Positions 28,381 through 38,443 of a DNA stretch of 64,000 nt are shown here, piece by piece. Every line of letters begins with the position of its first letter. Positions within the stretch are counted from its first letter, which is position 1. Made by a program: the position numbers and the translations under genes. The DNA lies in contig OZ220733.1 of assembly GCA_965116875.1 (NCBI GenBank), forward strand, positions 576,001 through 640,000. The letters are read 5' to 3'. Source of the stretch: Candidatus Latescibacterota bacterium (lineage in GTDB: Bacteria; Latescibacterota; UBA2968; GCA-2709665). The notes beneath the pieces are model-generated. The model made no database searches. It was not told where the DNA came from and saw only the letters and a list, made by a program, of their open reading frames with translations.

Positions 28381-28842
28381 TCAGGAATGAAGCTTTTCTT
28401 CTTCTTCGATACAGGTGATCAGGGCTTCTCTGTCTTCCGATTCAATGAGATGCCGGCGAAACGTCTCGCCTTTGAGCAGGCGCGAAATACGCGCCAACGC
28501 CTTGATGTGCGGACCTGATACGTCCATTGGAGAGACCAGCAGGAAGAAAATGAAGGTTGGCTGGTCGTCCAGGGCGTCGAAGTCAACGCCTTCACGCTTG
28601 ATGCCCAGTACGCCGCCCAGTTCGCTCACGAACTCGGACTTGCCATGCGGAATGGCGATGCCATGACCGATTCCGGTGCTCATGATTTCCTCGCGAAGAA
28701 GCACCGCTTCAAGGACCTTTCGCCGATCGGCAATTTTGTCACTGTCTACGGCATCGACCAGCTCCTTGAGGATTTCCCGCTTGTTCCGGCCCCTCAACCC
28801 GGCGATCACCGACCTGCCTGAAAGAATCTCCATCAGGGTCAT
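28381..28842 (-). CDS. PTS IIA (Ntr/fructose-type) domain protein
   Basis: REEIMSTGIGHGIAIPH phospho-His motif, VDFDALD, HIKALARISRLL. Confidence 0.9.
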   Translation of the reverse strand: MTLMEILSGRSVIAGLRGRNKREILKELVDAVDSDKIADRRKVLEAVLLREEIMSTGIGHGIAIPHGKSEFVSELGGVLGIKREGVDFDALDDQPTFIFFLLVSPMDVSGPHIKALARISRLLKGETFRRHLIESEDREALITCIEEEEKLHS

Positions 28843-29063
28843 GAATCCGTCTCCCGCGAACACCCCGAAACCACCGTCAATATCCGGTGCCTGCGCAGCA
28901 TGGCCCGGCAAAGCGAAAAATAAACCATAGCTTGTTCGTAGTCAAGGGAAAAGGCATAAAAAAACAGGGGGATACGCCAATGTCGGGACGGTTGGCGAGT
29001 GCCGGGGAAAACAGCGACGCCCACTCGGGTTCGGACATCGCCAGGCACAAGCCCCGGTACCGT

Positions 29064-30857
29064 CTATCCTGCCGTCCGGCCCCGGATGAGGAGTTCCCTT
29101 TCGTAACTGCGCAGCAGGTCCGATCGGGTGATAACCCCTTCCAGTCGGTCGCGGGAATCCGAACGAAATACCGGCAGCGTGTTCGCATCCGTTTTTGAAA
29201 ACTGAACGAGAGCGTCGGCCAGCGAACTTGAGGGCTCCATTGCGGGCGGCGGTGTTCCCATCACGTCTTCGGCGATCAGCAACGCATGCATATCGTATTC
29301 AATCATCACTTCCCGTATGTCGTGAAACCAGATCATGCCTTTGAACCGGCCCCCGTCGTCCATAAGCGGGAAGTCCTGCAGATTGCTGCGGCCGATCAGG
29401 TCGACAATCTCGCGCAGCGGGGTGTGTTCCCTGATAAAGTCGAAGTCCGGGCGTACGATCCCGGAGACCGGTAGTTTTTCCAATACCGACAGATCGCGTC
29501 CCTGATGTATATTCAAACCCCTGCGCCGGAGCTTCAGCGAATAGATGGACTCACGCTCGATCACACGCGCCATGACCACGGCCAGGACGGTGGTGAACAG
29601 CAGGGGCAGAATGAGACGGTAGTTTCCGGTCATTTCAACGATGATGAGGGATGAAGTCAATGGGGCGTGCGTCGTTGCGGCGACAAAGGCGCTCATGCCC
29701 ACGACTGCGTATGCGCCCGCGGGACTGATGACACCGGGCAGCCAGGTCTGTGCGAGGCGGCCGAAAGCGCCGCCGAGCGTTGCGCCCATGAAAAGCGATG
29801 GCGCGAATAGTCCGCCCGAGGCGCCCGAACCCACCGTCAACGACGTGCTCAGCAGCTTCAATCCCAACAATAGCCCCAGCATGGGCAGCAGAATCTGCCC
29901 TTGAAGCGCGGCCCCGACGGTCTCGTAGCCCACGCCCAATGCCTGCGGGCATCCCAGGCCGATGAGCCCCACCAGCGCGCCGCCGACGGCCGGCTTCAGC
30001 CACGCGGGCATCCCGAACGCCCGCCGGTTGAAGAGATCTTCGGTGGCATAAAGCAGCCTGATGAAGACGGCGCCGACGACACCCGCAAGAATGGCCAGAA
30101 TGACGTACCAACCGAGTTCGTGAAGGTTTGCGAACTGATAGTCCGGCACCTCAAATACCTGGCGTTCTCCCATATAGGCCTTTGCGACGACTGCCGACAT
30201 CACCGAAGAGATGACCACGGGAGTAAAAGCGGCAATCGTGAAATCCGCCAGGATAATTTCCAGCGAAAACAGCACACCTGCAATCGGCGCGTTGAAGATG
30301 GCCGAAATTCCGGCCGAAGCGCCGCAGGCAATCAGTGTTTTCAGGTTCGCTTCGGAGAATCTGAACAGCCGGCCGACGGTGGAGCCCCATGCGGCCCCGA
30401 TCTGGATTATGGGACCCTCGCTCCCGGCCGACCCTCCGGATCCGATAGTGAACGCGGAAGCGAACGCCTTGGCAACCATCACCCGTGCGCGAATCACACC
30501 CCGCCTGGTGATGATCGCATTCATGACTTCCGCAACACCGGGGCCTCTCGCCTCCACCGCGTAGAAGCAAGCGATCAGACCGGCGGCCAAGCCGCCCATG
30601 GCAGGAATGAGAGGAAACAGAAAGGATCTGCCCAGAAGTTCCGGCGCATCGACGAGCAGCAGCCTGTGCGCCAGGTCGAGCAACCACTGAAACAGCACGG
30701 AACCCGCCCCGCAGCCGACGCCGATAAGAATGGCCAGACTGATCAGGATGGTCTGTTCACTCAGGTTCAACCGGGGGAAAAAACGGGCGATCCGGTTACG
30801 AAAGCGTATTGACGCTTTGAGGGGGGGCGATACGGATGGCGAGGGATCAACATCCAC
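29064..30857 (-). CDS. ClC family chloride channel/antiporter with CBS domains
   Basis: GSGGSAGSEGP, FNAPIAG and GGLFAPS motifs plus a C-terminal CBS pair. The ORF-track 5' extension is MITE-derived, so the start is uncertain. Confidence 0.9.
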   Translation of the reverse strand: MDVDPSPSVSPPLKASIRFRNRIARFFPRLNLSEQTILISLAILIGVGCGAGSVLFQWLLDLAHRLLLVDAPELLGRSFLFPLIPAMGGLAAGLIACFYAVEARGPGVAEVMNAIITRRGVIRARVMVAKAFASAFTIGSGGSAGSEGPIIQIGAAWGSTVGRLFRFSEANLKTLIACGASAGISAIFNAPIAGVLFSLEIILADFTIAAFTPVVISSVMSAVVAKAYMGERQVFEVPDYQFANLHELGWYVILAILAGVVGAVFIRLLYATEDLFNRRAFGMPAWLKPAVGGALVGLIGLGCPQALGVGYETVGAALQGQILLPMLGLLLGLKLLSTSLTVGSGASGGLFAPSLFMGATLGGAFGRLAQTWLPGVISPAGAYAVVGMSAFVAATTHAPLTSSLIIVEMTGNYRLILPLLFTTVLAVVMARVIERESIYSLKLRRRGLNIHQGRDLSVLEKLPVSGIVRPDFDFIREHTPLREIVDLIGRSNLQDFPLMDDGGRFKGMIWFHDIREVMIEYDMHALLIAEDVMGTPPPAMEPSSSLADALVQFSKTDANTLPVFRSDSRDRLEGVITRSDLLRSYERELLIRGRTAG

Positions 30858-30863
30858 CGTTAG

Positions 30864-30990
30864 CAGTCCGTTGAGAAAGTCGCTCTGCAGGCGAGGCCGA
30901 GTCCCATCGTGCGATTCGGCGAGGGAGCGCAACGCAGGTTTTCGACCGCAAGGGCCGTCCGCAGCCCGGATGGACTTTTTCAACGGGCTG
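30864..30990. mobile_element. MITE family A (127 bp), copy 1
   Basis: TIRs CAGTCCGTTGAGAAAGT...ACTTTTTCAACGGGCTG. Near-identical inverted copy at 57479..57605. Confidence 0.85.
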
Positions 30991-31038
30991 TCAGGTCGCT
31001 TTTTTTACAATTGCCGGTCGCCGGAAAAAAGACGCCAG

Positions 31039-31067
31039 AGTATACCCTCCGCCACAAGCACTGTCAA
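31039..31067 (-). promoter_or_regulatory. Sigma70 promoter of the ClC gene
   Basis: Minus strand TTGACA-17 nt-TATACT. Confidence 0.65.
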
Positions 31068-31222
31068 GCGGAAAGCGGATGTTCCAGGGCATGTAAAAAC
31101 ATGAAACATTTCCGCCGAATCGGCGTAAAACGGAGGAAAAACTGCGATGTTCCGCCGGCAAAACGCCCGGTCCGCGAGCAAGCGGCTCCGGCACCGGCCC
31201 GTTCGAAACCGAAAGGAATCCA

Positions 31223-33631
31223 ATGCGCTTTGCAGAACACGTACCGACACGCTTCGCCTGGACATGCGTCGCGTTCCTGCTTTTGCCGTCCGCAGTCTTT
31301 CCAATGACGCCGACGTCCGCGGATTCCCTTTACGCACGGGGACAATCCGCGGAACGCATGGAGGACGTACGCGAAGTCGTATCCCGGCTCAACGCGGCCC
31401 TGCCCTCCACCGCCCATCCTGCCGGTATGCTGATTCGTATCGGCAATCTTTACGTGCGGCTGCAGGAGGCGGACAGCGCCGAGGTCGCCTTCGATGCCGC
31501 TGTCGCACGGGACAGTACGCTTGCGGGCGCCTATCTCGGTCTGGGCGAGGTCCTGCTCGAACTCCGGAACAGACCCCGGTCCGCCCTCGTCCCGCTGCAG
31601 AGGGCGGTAGATCTGGATTCCACGTATGCGGAAGCCCACTACATGATGGCCCGTGCTTACCTGCGGTCCAGAAAGACCACGGCCGCGAGGCGAGCCGCGG
31701 ACAAGAGCATCCAGGTCGAACCGAACTACGCGGCGCCATATCTGTTTCTGGCAAAACTCTACCAGCGTGAAAACAACAACCGCGCAGCATTTACTTTCTA
31801 TAAGGCGTATCTCGAACAGCGTCCCAACGACCAGACCGCGGCCTATGAATTCGCGGTAGAACTCCTCAAGCAGGAGGAACTCGACAGAGCACGGGAAATC
31901 GCGGAACGGCTCGGCGGGTCGCGAGGCCTGCCTATCGTTGCCCAGGCGCTCATGGCCGATCGCGACTATGAGGGCGCGCTGGATGCCTTCTCGGAGTATA
32001 TCGACGGCCTGCCCCCTCAGGAACAGGCCCTCTTCGAAGACATTTCGCTTGTAGGCCTCTCCCATGAAGTGAGAGCCTACCGTACGACGACGCCGGAAAC
32101 GCGCGAGGCATTCCTGCGCAATTTCTGGCTCCGGAAAGATCCCTTCAAGTCATCCGCCGGCGCGATGCGCCGCGCCGAGCACTACCGCCGGGTCTGGTAC
32201 GCCCGCACGTTTTTCGGCGAAAAGAGATTCCCGTATGACCGGCGGGGAGAGATTTATATTCGCTACGGCGAGCCGGACTTCCGGTCAAGCTGGCGCGAAC
32301 TCAATGCGCAGATGCCGCTGAAGGTGCAGCGCGTCCAGGAACGCATGGCCCACCAGCTTTATGGAAACAGGGCCCTGGCCCTGACGTTCGTGGGTCCCGT
32401 CTACCCGATTCGTTCCGCACAGGCCTCGGAAAATACCTGGCGAAACTCCGAGGTCCGCGCATCCTCGCAGCCGATTCAGACGATCGACGAGGCCGCGGTC
32501 GGCCTGGAACGCTACAAACCCATTACCTCCAGCGGCGACTGGTCCGCCGTACCCTGGGCGGTGTGGATCTACGCGGACATCGACGGCGGCATTGAAATCG
32601 CCTTCACGGACGAGTTCAACACGGGAAACTTCGACTACGCGCCGGAACCCGTCATGGGCCCGGAAGATATCAATGAATACAACATGCAAAGCAGGGGCGG
32701 CCCATTCCGCAACATGGTCAACCGGCTTAACGCCATGTCCCCCGCGGCACGGATGACAAGGGTGGCGAGCAAGGAACCCGAACGATACGCCTTCGAAGCG
32801 CTGGAACCGCTGGACTATTACTATGAAGCCCTTTCCTTTCGCGGACTTGACGGCAAAACCGAACTCCAGCTCAACATCGGACTTCCGATCGACAATGTCG
32901 CGAGGCGCGAAGACATCGATACGACCGTCGTCGTCAATCGCCGCGTCGCGCTTGTCGACAGCCGCAAAGGACGACTTCACAAACGCAGTGACGACCTCGC
33001 CGTGCCGGTTACCGACGCCAACCTGGGGCGGAGCCTGCTGGCGCTCGACCGCGTTGACATTGCCGCCGCGCCAGGCGTCTATCAGCTCGCGGTGGAGGCC
33101 TGGCGAAAAAAGACGGACATGCTCCAGGTCTATCAGCAGACGTTGGAACTGCCCGACTATAGCGGCGAGGAACTCATGATGAGCGACATCCAGATCGCCC
33201 AGAACGTCGCGGAAGCCCGTGAAGGATCCATTCAGAAATTCGTCCGTCAGGGGTGGGACATTCTTCCGGCGCCGTCCCGCACATTTTACGTGGGCAAGTC
33301 TGTCTTTGTCTACTTCGAGGTCTATAATCTCGAAAAAGACGCCTTCGGGAACACCCGGTACGAAGTGACGTTCGAGGTCATATCCAAGTCCACGAGCGAC
33401 AGGTCCCCCAGGACGTTTCTGCCCAGAATCCGGAAAGACGGCGAATCCATTGAGGTCCGGTACGAGCAGGCGGGTACGGAAACCTCGGTCTCGGACTTTG
33501 TTGAACTGGATCTGGGACAGGCGGATCCGGGTCGCTATTCGTTGCACATGACGGTGAAAGACCTGAATGGCGACCGCAACATCAAACGGGACAGCATCTT
33601 TCGGATCGCTTCGCTCCCACGCCGGAGATAG
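31223..33631 (+). CDS. TPR + GWxTD-like domain secreted protein, paralog 1
   Basis: Signal peptide, TPR repeats, FWLRKDP..EHYRRVWYA..DRRGEIYIRYGEPD, and C-terminal beta domain YFEVYNL. Confidence 0.8.
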   Translation: MRFAEHVPTRFAWTCVAFLLLPSAVFPMTPTSADSLYARGQSAERMEDVREVVSRLNAALPSTAHPAGMLIRIGNLYVRLQEADSAEVAFDAAVARDSTLAGAYLGLGEVLLELRNRPRSALVPLQRAVDLDSTYAEAHYMMARAYLRSRKTTAARRAADKSIQVEPNYAAPYLFLAKLYQRENNNRAAFTFYKAYLEQRPNDQTAAYEFAVELLKQEELDRAREIAERLGGSRGLPIVAQALMADRDYEGALDAFSEYIDGLPPQEQALFEDISLVGLSHEVRAYRTTTPETREAFLRNFWLRKDPFKSSAGAMRRAEHYRRVWYARTFFGEKRFPYDRRGEIYIRYGEPDFRSSWRELNAQMPLKVQRVQERMAHQLYGNRALALTFVGPVYPIRSAQASENTWRNSEVRASSQPIQTIDEAAVGLERYKPITSSGDWSAVPWAVWIYADIDGGIEIAFTDEFNTGNFDYAPEPVMGPEDINEYNMQSRGGPFRNMVNRLNAMSPAARMTRVASKEPERYAFEALEPLDYYYEALSFRGLDGKTELQLNIGLPIDNVARREDIDTTVVVNRRVALVDSRKGRLHKRSDDLAVPVTDANLGRSLLALDRVDIAAAPGVYQLAVEAWRKKTDMLQVYQQTLELPDYSGEELMMSDIQIAQNVAEAREGSIQKFVRQGWDILPAPSRTFYVGKSVFVYFEVYNLEKDAFGNTRYEVTFEVISKSTSDRSPRTFLPRIRKDGESIEVRYEQAGTETSVSDFVELDLGQADPGRYSLHMTVKDLNGDRNIKRDSIFRIASLPRRR

Positions 33632-33662
33632 CTGCGCAGGAATGGAAGAGGCGTCCGGCCGG

Positions 33663-34211
33663 TTAACTGACCCGCATCACCAGGGTGCCGGAAATCCGGT
33701 CGTGCAGCGCCTGCCGGTCCGGATGACGGCGTGTTATCCAGACGAGTGCAAGGCCGAGCAGAGAACCGGAATAAAGGACGATCGACCAGAGATGCGAACG
33801 TTCGGCATCGAAATCAGGAGGCGGCGTCAGGACGCGTCCGGCGTCCAATGCCACCTGATGGGGCTCCGCATAGGGGTTCAGGGCGGACAGGACGATCAGA
33901 ATTGCGAACAAGGGCGTCCACTTCACCGTGGAACGGACAAGCGCCCGGGCCCGCCCTATCGCGCCGCCATCCGCGGAGATGACCCTCAGGCTCGTCATGA
34001 TCTTGCCCGGCGTCTGTCCCCTGCGCGCGAGAAAGATGGTACAGTAGACCAGCGTGATTCCGTACTCGAGAACCAGCGCGGCTATTGGCGAGGGCGTGAC
34101 CTCTCTCAGGGTCCGGGAGAGCGGCAGGTCCAGCAGCTTCAACATCAGCATGTCAATGACGACCGCGAGAAACCGCCGTCCAAGCCCGGCCATCTCATCG
34201 TGCATCAGCAT
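33663..34211 (-). CDS. RDD family membrane protein
   Basis: RRFLAVVID, GQTPGK..LRV and RQALHDRISGTLV. Confidence 0.88.
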   Translation of the reverse strand: MLMHDEMAGLGRRFLAVVIDMLMLKLLDLPLSRTLREVTPSPIAALVLEYGITLVYCTIFLARRGQTPGKIMTSLRVISADGGAIGRARALVRSTVKWTPLFAILIVLSALNPYAEPHQVALDAGRVLTPPPDFDAERSHLWSIVLYSGSLLGLALVWITRRHPDRQALHDRISGTLVMRVS

Positions 34212-34231
34212 CGCGTTACATCCCTGCTTTG

Positions 34232-34417
34232 GAAGCAGTTTTAAAATTCCCAGCGGTCTTCGCACGGCTGAAAAAGCGCAGGTCGGCGTTGGTCAAACCC
34301 ACCCGTCTTACGAGATCGAGGCTGCGCCTGCTCGCCTCTCATAGCCGGATTTACCCGCCTTGACCTCCGCTTTTTCGCTCGCGCTCGGGAACTCACCGGT
34401 AATTTTAAAACGACTTC
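34232..34417. mobile_element. MITE family B (186 bp), longer copy
   Basis: TIRs GAAGCAGTTTTAAAATT...AATTTTAAAACGACTTC. Shorter copy at 28235..28315. Confidence 0.75.
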
Positions 34418-34584
34418 ATTGACCGCGGCGCGTGAAACGGCGTGGTACTGCAGGTTTGGCGTTGTCATTCAGTTTCATGGTCTGCTAAACGATGCGAATC
34501 GAGGTCGGGTGCCTCGCGAAGGCCTTGCCCTGGACGAACGCATTCCCTCAAACCCCCATTCCGTCACCATCGGAGGTTTCAGCC

Positions 34585-35622
34585 GTGAGACTCGTGCAAT
34601 TTCGCGATCCATCCGTCCCGAAACCCGCGCGCCTCGGACTGGTCGAAAACGACGTGGTACTGGACCTCACGGCGTGCGAGCCCTGCCCCGAATCGGTCTT
34701 CGAGCTCTACTTCACCCACGGGGGCGACGGCAAGGGGCTGGAAGAGGCGGTTGCGAGCATCGACACAGCGACGGCGCCTGCATACCGGCTGGCGGACCTG
34801 GCGAGCAACGAACCGTCGGCCGGACGTCCGCACCTGATCCCGCCCGTAACCCCACCGCCCGGCCAACCCGATCGGTTGCGGGTCTGGCTGGCGGGCGTGA
34901 CTCACGCGGACAGCGCCAGATTGCGGGAATCCGAAGCGAAAGAGGCCACCGGAGGCGCCGTTAACGTATACGATCAGAAATACAGCGAATGCGCGCGGGG
35001 CGGCATACCGGAACTCTTCGCGAAGACCGGCGCGGACGCGCTTGCAGGACATCGCGGGCGCATCTCCCGCCCGGACGACACCCTGCGCCTCGTTCCCGAA
35101 ACCGAACTCGTCACGCTCTACGGACTGAACGCCCACGGTCAGGTCGAGCGACTGGGTTTTACGGGCGGCAATGACTATACCGACAACGGCATCGAGGCCG
35201 CAAATCCGTTGAATCTACCCCAGGCCAAGAACTGGCACGGCGGTTGCGCCAGCCTGGGTCCGGTTCTGGTGACCGATTCCGAGTTCGACGACGCCAGCGT
35301 CGCCGTCACGTGCGAAATCCTCCGAGACGACAATCGAATCGCCCGAAAGACCGGGCGCACCGGACAAAGCCATCTCAACATGCCCGACCGCCTCTTCCAC
35401 CTGGAGCGGTCTCTCTTCGGTCGACTGCCCCTGGTCGAAAAGACACTTCAACTGTTATATTGGGGTACGCCCATCGTCTTTTCGGAAGACGACCTGCCCG
35501 GCGGCCTTCTGGTAAACGACACCGTCCGGATGACCTTCGACGGTATCGGCGACCTGCAGAACACGATCGGTCCTTTTGCTCAAAACAACCAGTTGGCCTG
35601 GCTGGAAGCCAATCGGCGATGA
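34585..35622 (+). CDS. Fumarylacetoacetate hydrolase family protein
   Basis: VWLAGVTH..SA..RE.E, PELFAK, VPETEL, GNDYT, NPLNLPQAK, similar to 2-keto-3-deoxy-pentonate dehydratase-like FAH proteins. RBS GGAGG before GTG. Confidence 0.75.
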   Translation: MRLVQFRDPSVPKPARLGLVENDVVLDLTACEPCPESVFELYFTHGGDGKGLEEAVASIDTATAPAYRLADLASNEPSAGRPHLIPPVTPPPGQPDRLRVWLAGVTHADSARLRESEAKEATGGAVNVYDQKYSECARGGIPELFAKTGADALAGHRGRISRPDDTLRLVPETELVTLYGLNAHGQVERLGFTGGNDYTDNGIEAANPLNLPQAKNWHGGCASLGPVLVTDSEFDDASVAVTCEILRDDNRIARKTGRTGQSHLNMPDRLFHLERSLFGRLPLVEKTLQLLYWGTPIVFSEDDLPGGLLVNDTVRMTFDGIGDLQNTIGPFAQNNQLAWLEANRR

Positions 35623-35665
35623 GTCTGCCCGTACAGCGTCACTGAGGGAGGTGGTGCAGTTGCGT

Positions 35666-35977
35666 CTAGAGGACCCGATCATGCCCCCACGGGTCCTGTT
35701 TGACGATCTCGAATGCCTTGACCGGACTTCGGCCGCGGGGCGCGTCGTGCAGCGTCGACGGATTGTAGGAAGCGCCCGCCAGCTTCAACAGCGATTCCAG
35801 AAGGGGTTGGCCCAGCGTGAGTCCCTTGAGAAACATCTCCTCGCCGTTGATATCCTTTACGGTGGCGCCTTCCCGCCCCACGAAGACCCTGCGCAGCGCC
35901 CGCATTTCCGCCCGGTGTTCCCGAAAATACGCAAGCGCGTCCGCGGGGTCCCCGCCGTCGTACATGAGTGCCGGCAT
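35666..35977 (-). CDS. Hypothetical protein (103 aa)
   Basis: RBS GGAGG before ATG 35977, plausible composition, fills the gap between the FAH and PFOR genes. Confidence 0.6.
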   Translation of the reverse strand: MPALMYDGGDPADALAYFREHRAEMRALRRVFVGREGATVKDINGEEMFLKGLTLGQPLLESLLKLAGASYNPSTLHDAPRGRSPVKAFEIVKQDPWGHDRVL

Positions 35978-36131
35978 CGATTGCCTCCGTGTGTCGATCG
36001 TACACGTGATTTTGTCTGAGAAGTAGAATATGGAGGGCCGCCGGAAATCGGGCAAGCGGATTCAATGACCATCGATTGCAATACACCGCCCTCCTTCGGT
36101 AATCCGCCGGATGAACCGGTCAAAACAGCGC

Positions 36132-36160
36132 TTGCAGACCCCGCGCGACTGAGTTATATT
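36132..36160 (+). promoter_or_regulatory. Putative sigma70 promoter of the PFOR operon
   Basis: TTGCAG-17 nt-TATATT. Confidence 0.45.
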
Positions 36161-36297
36161 CAGCGCATTCGATTCCATATATTTAGTCTGTCTTATTATT
36201 AATATTACAAAGTTGTATCGAATCCGATCGTGGATCGAGCCGGCAGACCGTCGTCGGCATCCACGTCCCGGTGTGCCTATTGTAAAGGAGAACCGTC

Positions 36298-38319
36298 ATG
36301 GCGGAAAGCGCCAGAATACAGATTAACGGACGGCCAGGTGAATTCCCGTTTCCCGGTATCCCCGACGTGGGCGACGGGGGCGATGCCGCAATCTGGGTCG
36401 AAAAACATATCAGCCAGGGCGCATGCGCCTACCCCATCACGTCTTCCTCCATTCTGGGTGAGAAATACAGCGCGGTCGTATCCAACGGCGGGGTCAACCT
36501 GTGGGGCGACACCCTGATCTTCATAGAGCCCGAGTCCGAACACAGCTCGGCTTCAGCGGCCGAGGGCTTTTCCGTGGCCGGCGGCCGCGTCACGAACTTC
36601 ACCTCCGGCCAGGGCCTCGTTCTGATGAAGGAGGTGCTGTACACAATCTCGGGCAAGCGTCTTCCGGCGGTCTTCCATATCGGCGCGCGGGCGCTCACCT
36701 CGCAATCGCTCAACGTGCACGCGGGCCACGACGACATCATGGCGGTAGCCGACTGCGGTTGGGGCATCGTATTCGCACGCAATACGCAGGAGGTCATGGA
36801 CACCACGCTCATCGCGCGCCGTGCCGCGGAAGCCTCCCAGACACCGTTCATGGTTGTGCAGGATGGATTCCTCACAACTCATACGGTGCAGAACGTCGTG
36901 GCTATCGAGCCCGAACTCATGAAGCTCTTCGTCGGACGCCCGGAAGACAAGATTCAGAATCTTATGGACGTCGACAATCCGATGATGAGCGGCGTTGTGC
37001 AGAACCAGGACAGCTATATGAAGGGTAAGATCGCCCAGCGCTATTTCTACGATCGCGTTCCCGACGACCTTCAGGAAGCCATGCACGAATTCTACAGGAT
37101 GACCGGAAGGCGTTACGGCATGATCGACGGATACCAGCTGGAAGACGCTGAATACGTTATCGTGGGTATGGGCAGTATGCTCGAGACCGCCCTCACCGCC
37201 GTCGACTGGTTGCGGGAGACAGAAGGCCTTAAGGTGGGCGCCCTTCACGTCACGTCGTTCCGCCCGTTCCCGGGCGTCGAGATCGTGGAGGCCCTGAAAA
37301 ACGCAAAGGTCATTTCCGTTGTGGAACGCATGGACAATCCCCTTGCGCAGTCCAATCCGCTTACCGCCGAAATCAAGTCCGCCTTCGCCGATGCCGTTTG
37401 CGGTTCGAACGGTTATCCGCGGATCGAACGCATTCCCAAGATTCTCTCGGGCATGGCCGGCCTGGGAAGCCGCGACGTTCGGCCGGGCGACTTCATTGCC
37501 ACGGTCAGAAATATGCAGGCCGCAGCACCCCGCCGGAAGGATCTCTTCGTTTTGAATATCGAACACGAGCTTGCCCTTCAGAGGCAGCCCGATCCCGGAA
37601 CGCGGGAAGTCGGCGCCTTCGCCATGCGCGGGCACTCGATCGGCGGATACGGTTCCGTTACGACGAACAAGGTTATTGCCACGTTGCTGGCGAACCTGGG
37701 GCTTCACGTCCAGGCCTACCCGAAATACGGGTCGGAAAAGAAGGGTCTGCCCACCACCTATTACCTTACCGCGGCCAACGAACACATCCGGACCCACTCG
37801 GAGCTGGAAGTCGTGGACTTCGTCCCGCTCAATGACGTGAACGCCTTTAACACCGCCAATCCGCTGGCCGGCGTTGTCGACGGGGGTATGGTCTTCATCC
37901 AGAGCCCCCACAAGGAGGCGGAGAAGGTATGGGACAATGTTCCCGGTTGGGCCAAAAAGACATTCCGTACCAGGAACATCAAACCTCTCGCCCTCGACGC
38001 CGTCAAAATTGCCCTGGAGGAAGCGCCGTCGCCGGACCTGATGCAACGTTTCCAGGGCATTGTTCTTCTTGGCATCTTCCTGAAACACACACCGTTCCAG
38101 AAAGACCTGAATCTCACGGAGGACGAGCTGTTCGTCAACGTGGAAAACGCGGTCAACAAATACTGGGGAAGCAAGGGCAAGGGCGTCGTGGAGGCCAATA
38201 TGGGCGCCATCAGGAGAGGGTACCGGGAAGTATTCGAAGTCCCGAGGGAACTGATCGAAAGCACAATCGATCAGGAAACGGACGAACTTCCGGCCGGTCT
38301 GGTCTCGATCGGATGCTGA
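36298..38319 (+). CDS. Pyruvate/2-oxoacid:ferredoxin oxidoreductase, fused alpha-gamma subunit
   Basis: AYPIT, ESEHS, FTSGQGL, DGFLTTH (alpha). GGYGSVT, YGSEKKG (gamma). Confidence 0.9.
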   Translation: MAESARIQINGRPGEFPFPGIPDVGDGGDAAIWVEKHISQGACAYPITSSSILGEKYSAVVSNGGVNLWGDTLIFIEPESEHSSASAAEGFSVAGGRVTNFTSGQGLVLMKEVLYTISGKRLPAVFHIGARALTSQSLNVHAGHDDIMAVADCGWGIVFARNTQEVMDTTLIARRAAEASQTPFMVVQDGFLTTHTVQNVVAIEPELMKLFVGRPEDKIQNLMDVDNPMMSGVVQNQDSYMKGKIAQRYFYDRVPDDLQEAMHEFYRMTGRRYGMIDGYQLEDAEYVIVGMGSMLETALTAVDWLRETEGLKVGALHVTSFRPFPGVEIVEALKNAKVISVVERMDNPLAQSNPLTAEIKSAFADAVCGSNGYPRIERIPKILSGMAGLGSRDVRPGDFIATVRNMQAAAPRRKDLFVLNIEHELALQRQPDPGTREVGAFAMRGHSIGGYGSVTTNKVIATLLANLGLHVQAYPKYGSEKKGLPTTYYLTAANEHIRTHSELEVVDFVPLNDVNAFNTANPLAGVVDGGMVFIQSPHKEAEKVWDNVPGWAKKTFRTRNIKPLALDAVKIALEEAPSPDLMQRFQGIVLLGIFLKHTPFQKDLNLTEDELFVNVENAVNKYWGSKGKGVVEANMGAIRRGYREVFEVPRELIESTIDQETDELPAGLVSIGC

Positions 38320-38443
38320 CCGTTCGTTTCCAACCCGCCAACATCGTGATTCCGGTCGCGTGACAACGTGACGTCGATACGAACCAAAACTGCAAGGATC
38401 CGGCAGGCCACGGTCATTCAAGCCGGATCGGGAGTAAATAACC

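Noticed and set aside
30858-30983. N-terminal extension of the ClC ORF, and ORFs 30730..31104 and 57341..57625
   Set aside because: Translated from the MITE sequence, so not treated as real genes.
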